The notes under the pieces were generated by a model. That model saw only the letters and a program-made list of their open reading frames with translations. It made no database searches and was not told the origin of the DNA. A stretch of DNA of 58,463 bases, filler included, from Sphacelaria rigidula (taxonomy: Eukaryota), in assembly GCA_964200075.2 (NCBI GenBank). It is 6 parts of 6 records of this genome, joined end to end, with 100 filler letters (N's around TTAATTAATTAA, not from the genome) between each part and the next. Parts side by side here need not be neighbours in the genome. Positions count along the whole stretch, not along the records: positions 48,804 to 58,463 come from CAXNAA020008014.1; 5 more parts are not named here. One strand, written 5' to 3'. This document shows positions 54,901 through 58,463 of this stretch, piece after piece. Within the stretch, counting starts at the first letter, position 1, and each line of letters begins with the position of its first letter. The translations under genes were made by a program, and so were the position numbers.

Positions 54901-56556
54901 AGCACGCCGGGCTTTCGCCAGACCAGGCTCGCAATTAATCATCAAGTGCGAAGCGCCGTGATGTGTTCGGCGAGTCGCATGAAGGGTGAGCCGCATCCTG
55001 CTAAGATGGTTCGGCCCGAAGCATACACTGACCACCTTGCATTTGAATGAGAGCCTTCAATGAGTTGCTTCATTTTACCATCACCACTTCCATAGATAGC
55101 CACGGCTTACACACTGCCTCATGGGTGTTTCATCATTTCAACGTAATCATCCCCGTTGCACGGAAGGGAGAGGGGGGGGGTGTACTCATGATGATGCACG
55201 CCATAGTCTTAAGACCATTGACCTCGGAAGGGACGGGACGGAACGGGGTGTCGACTGCCGAAGTTACCCATAGGATCGACCGACAAAGTAAAAACAAAAA
55301 ACAAAAAAATGGAGTATTTCAGCGCCGTACGAGTACACGTTCTCAAATTTTTCGAAAGCTTTCGGAAACGCCTTGTCATCATTGATTTTGATATCAAATA
55401 ATTTATGTGATTGTCGCCACATTAACCGCTCCGCCACAAAAGTATGATAGGTGTAGTCACACATTCAAGGTATACCGACCAGAGGCAACCAATGCAGAAA
55501 ACACTCGCCGAGAAAGGATGCAAACAATGATGAAGGCGAAAACCCGGCGTGCTCCGTCCCGGCTTTGTAGAGATGCGAAATCAATGGCCATATGACCACG
55601 GCATGCAAGATCATGAATACAGCTCCCCTCTCTCCCCCCTCCCCCTCCCCCCCCGGTGCACGTGCAACTCTTGGAAGGGTTGGCATCGGTTGGTAACGAC
55701 GCTATACAACATGCCCCTCACTGCCTAAGCTAGGCAATCAGGTTACCTTTTTTCTCTCTCTCGCCCACGTTTTATTGCGGTAACCATGATGTTGGTCAAG
55801 CTACATCATATATTATGCGGGGTTTAAAACCTCAACTCCGCGCAACAGGAATGAATTTACCGCGTAGTGTTTACACGGTGAGACGTCCATGAGGCAGTGT
55901 AACGCGTGGCTGTCTCCGGAAGTGGCCAACACCAGAAAATAAAGCAAACCATTCGAGGATGTCATTCGTATGCAAGATAATCGGTACGTTTTGAGGCCGA
56001 AAAATCTCACCAGGGTACAGGGCAACCCCATCATGCGACTCACCGAACACATCACGACGCTTCGCGCTTGGTTTTGATTGCAAGCCTGGTCCGGCGAAAA
56101 CCCGGCGTGCTCCGTCCCGGTTGTGTAGGGATGCGAGGTCATTCACCTAATCACAACCACATTCATGATTATGAGTACCCCTCCCTTCCCTCTTCCCCGC
56201 CTACTGCGTTCAGTCTCGAAAGGAATGCATGGTCAATGGTCAAACGACTAAGGCATGCAACAAATGAGTACACCTTCCCGCCTCCCCCCCCCGGCCCGCG
56301 CCCCCGCCCGCGACTTCGTTCGGGATGCGAGGGCAATTTGTTATCCCCAAGTTTGGAAGAATCCGTTCTATGCACCATGCCACCATGCGTATCGACAGCC
56401 TCTAACCTTCTCGCGAAGATATCCGTTCGTCCACTTTCCCGCTAGCCATCCCTCGCTCTCTGGCAGACAGCCGTCGATCACAACCGGCCGCCGTGGCGCC
56501 ACGTAGTCCTGAAAGAAAACGGCCGGCGAGAGGTCCGAGTAGCGCACTACGCCTAC
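48937..56556 (-). CDS. JmjC-domain (cupin_8) 2-oxoglutarate/Fe(II) oxygenase, partial; exons 56556-56407, 54692-54552, 49157-48937
   Basis: VGVVRYSDLSPAVFFQDYVAPRRPVVIDGCLPESEGWLAGKWTNGYLREK|AGDAEVKVEWRADRGERFGKGQEKPMKFGDFLSEVEKGSELLYLTTQ|DLGVDASGRPKLMSAPL...QNVNLWMGNSRGKGSSSGLHHDFHDNLYILLRGKKTFR. Contains the HxD iron ligands and the 'NLWMG..S.LH.D..DNLY...RG.K.F' JmjC signature. GT-AG introns, phases compatible. Confidence 0.9.
49652..49963. mobile_element. Second copy (opposite orientation) of the telomere-motif TIR element
   Basis: Same TIRs, CCCCTAACC motif and a perfect 11-bp hairpin at 49807-49831. Confidence 0.8.
51390..51780 (+). mobile_element. Degenerate Mutator/MULE transposase C-terminal fragment
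   Basis: Frameshifted LHPPFTSCKGPRGRP/RNKKKSIRD...MYSLCATCNHDK resembles the PP..GRP.KKR..CxxC..H zinc-knuckle tail of MULE transposases. Confidence 0.45.
51960..53150. repeat. ~190-bp degenerate tandem repeat (4 units) split by a SINE
   Basis: Core TTTTCCAGGCAGGGTCTTCGTCGTC at ~52090, 52665, 52853 and 53045. Confidence 0.7.
52212..52579 (-). mobile_element. SINE family A, full-length copy
   Basis: Reverse complement of the 43822 copy: (TG)n tail, body, and head ...GGGAATCGAACCC...CCAACTGAGCCACCGGGGCGACCG. Confidence 0.85.
54235..54385. repeat. 27-bp minisatellite
   Basis: AAATGACCATCAATCAATCAATCAAAC, about 4 copies, inside a JmjC intron. Confidence 0.85.
55157..55667. mobile_element. G-run-terminated TIR element (GGGGGG(T)GTACTCATGAT family), inverted pair
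   Basis: Left arm GGGGGGGGTGTACTCATGATGATGCACGCCATAGTC..GACCATTGACCTCG and inverted right arm at 55540-55655. Other arms at 6450-6600, 48030-48105, 48804-48825, 54850-55000, 56030-56190 and 58345-58445. Confidence 0.6.
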
Positions 56557-58463
56557 CTGGATTTGGGCGCGCAGGGGGGATTCAAGACGAGATAAACCAC
56601 AGAGATGAAAGAAAATGGAGACAAACAAAAACCGACTCTCCGTCACACACACGTACACACAGACCGTGGACAACGCTGTCTCGACAGTTCTGTTTTTGAA
56701 ACTTCGATGATGAAACACTTGTTCATTTGTTCATTGTTTGCGTTTTCGGAATTGGACAACAGAAAACAGTCTCAGTGCACACGCACCCCTTTCGAGACAG
56801 AGCGCTGTTCCTGCTGCTCCTGATATAGAGGCACCCCAAGCATTTGAGTGCCGATCACGGCTCATCCATACATTACACAATAATCCTTTACACGTTGTAT
56901 CCCTTTCAACTTTCGCTATCTGTGGCCACCACCTATCTCCTCGTGAAGCGATCGTTTTCTCGCCACCATCTACAGTACCAAACTACTTCATGTCACATTT
57001 GCTTACTTCCCACATTTCACCCGTTATCGTGAAGAGGGGGGGGAAGGGTTGCGGGCTCCCAGGTCATCAGAGCGAGCATCCCAAATCACCCGTTCGTGGT
57101 TCCAGTGAATTCTCAAGTCGAACAGGGCTGAAGAGGAGGGGTGATTTCGATCAAATCTGATCAGTCATTTCGTCGGTGACGTTCCCGTACAGATGGACTG
57201 ACTGTCGCGGTATTCGGATTGCCTCGCAATTCGGTCCGACTGTACCCAGGCTGTAACGAGTAGTCAACTATTGAAGCACGCACAAAAAAAAGAGGTGATT
57301 GCTTACTCCTTCGCACCGAACAGTCAAGATCAACATGCTTGCAGTACACCATGCTGTCGTACTTGTGTGCGGTGGGGAGCGATGACGGACAGACACACAC
57401 TTGTCGTTTAGCGCTATATTGTTGTATCTATCCCCTAATGACAATAATTCTGGGCCAAGTTGTAGGGTATAGCAGAAGTGCAGTCCACCACCAACAGTTC
57501 GAGACAAGGTACAATTGAGGCGACGTGGTACGCAGTACGACAACCCACCACCGAAACGAGCTTGAGATTTGACAGCACAGCCGGAGACAACCCAGTTGTG
57601 AAAAGCAGGGGCAGAGAGAATGATTGATTAATTTTGGTTGATTGTCATACTTGAAGTGACCCCCCAGGGGTCATGATCCAGCCGTGGTCACATGATAGGC
57701 GTACCTAAGGAAAAACAAGACCGAAACACTCGCTGAAGAAAAAGAAGGAACAGAGAAAGTCCAACAGAACGACATAATAGACTAGGACGAGAAAAAAATA
57801 AAATAAAACGTCAACAAAAGCAAAGCACGGAGAGAAATGGCCTATCAAAAGAAAAAGAAAGGACAGGAAAGAGCAAAAAAAGAAGAAAGTAAAAAGCCCA
57901 ATGGATTCAGGACAGCACAGAGAAGACACAAACACACCTGTGAGCATCACAGAGCCACCCACTAAGGATGACATCAAAAATCGATTTGAGAGTATGTCTG
58001 CGTGTATCCCAGCTGGGGTGTAATGGTGACGGAAATCATTTCGCTCTAATCCCAAGACGCGCTTCAGCGCTTATCTTTGGTGGTCTGAGGCCTCAGTGGT
58101 CGAAACATGTACCTCAACGGCTTTCCAGCACAGACATTTATTTGTACAGGTCGGTCCCGCTATAATACCTGGGACAAGAAAATCGCGACCCTGGATTTTT
58201 CGCTCGAGAGAACTATGACCTCGAAACATTTTCTTCTTTTAGGAGAGGTTCAAATCGATCTGTTTTCAGCCATCCCTAAGCAGTAGTTGTCGCTACTTTT
58301 TTTTTTATCCCAAAGTTTGTTCTACCTGACTGAATTTCCGGGAGGGGGTGTACTCATGATCATGCATGCCGTAGTCATGAGACCATTGACCTCGCATCCA
58401 TACAAAGCCGGGACGGAGCACGCCGGGCTCTCGCTGGACCAGGGGCGCGGGCAGATACCCAGC

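Noticed and set aside
56990..57400. First exon of the JmjC gene
   Set aside because: Two candidate GTAAGC donors (~57006 and ~57306) both allow phase 0, and they cannot be distinguished without transcripts.
58400..58445. HDV-like ribozyme in the G-run repeat
   Set aside because: Only superficial similarity (CTCGCTGG). A nested double pseudoknot could not be built, and the motif varies among copies.

Overview
Intron-rich, repeat-rich eukaryotic DNA, most likely a brown alga (Phaeophyceae). The basis is long GT-AG introns, an Ectocarpus-type 'MASTDRD...' LRR first exon and a stramenopile-like gene style; the taxon is inferred, not database-checked. The window is not one contiguous locus. Five 100-nt N/TTAATTAATTAA/N spacers cut it into six segments of almost identical length (~9,660 nt), and genes and repeats do not continue across the joins. 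Supported genes: a complete 5-exon NAC-alpha gene head-to-head with the 5' part of a dipeptidyl-peptidase-IV-like gene, three internal exons of a JmjC/cupin_8 oxygenase, two partial multi-exon genes of unknown function and an orphan LRR first exon. Most other sequence is mobile DNA: two tRNA-headed SINE families, a degenerate APE-RT LINE, piggyBac-like (TTAA) MITEs, TA-flanked and hAT-like MITEs, a telomere-repeat-bearing TIR element, G-run-terminated TIR elements, hAT/MULE transposase relics and tandem arrays. One piggyBac-like MITE carries a Ty3/gypsy integrase fragment. No CRISPR array or prokaryotic system was found. Most entries in the ORF track are spurious.
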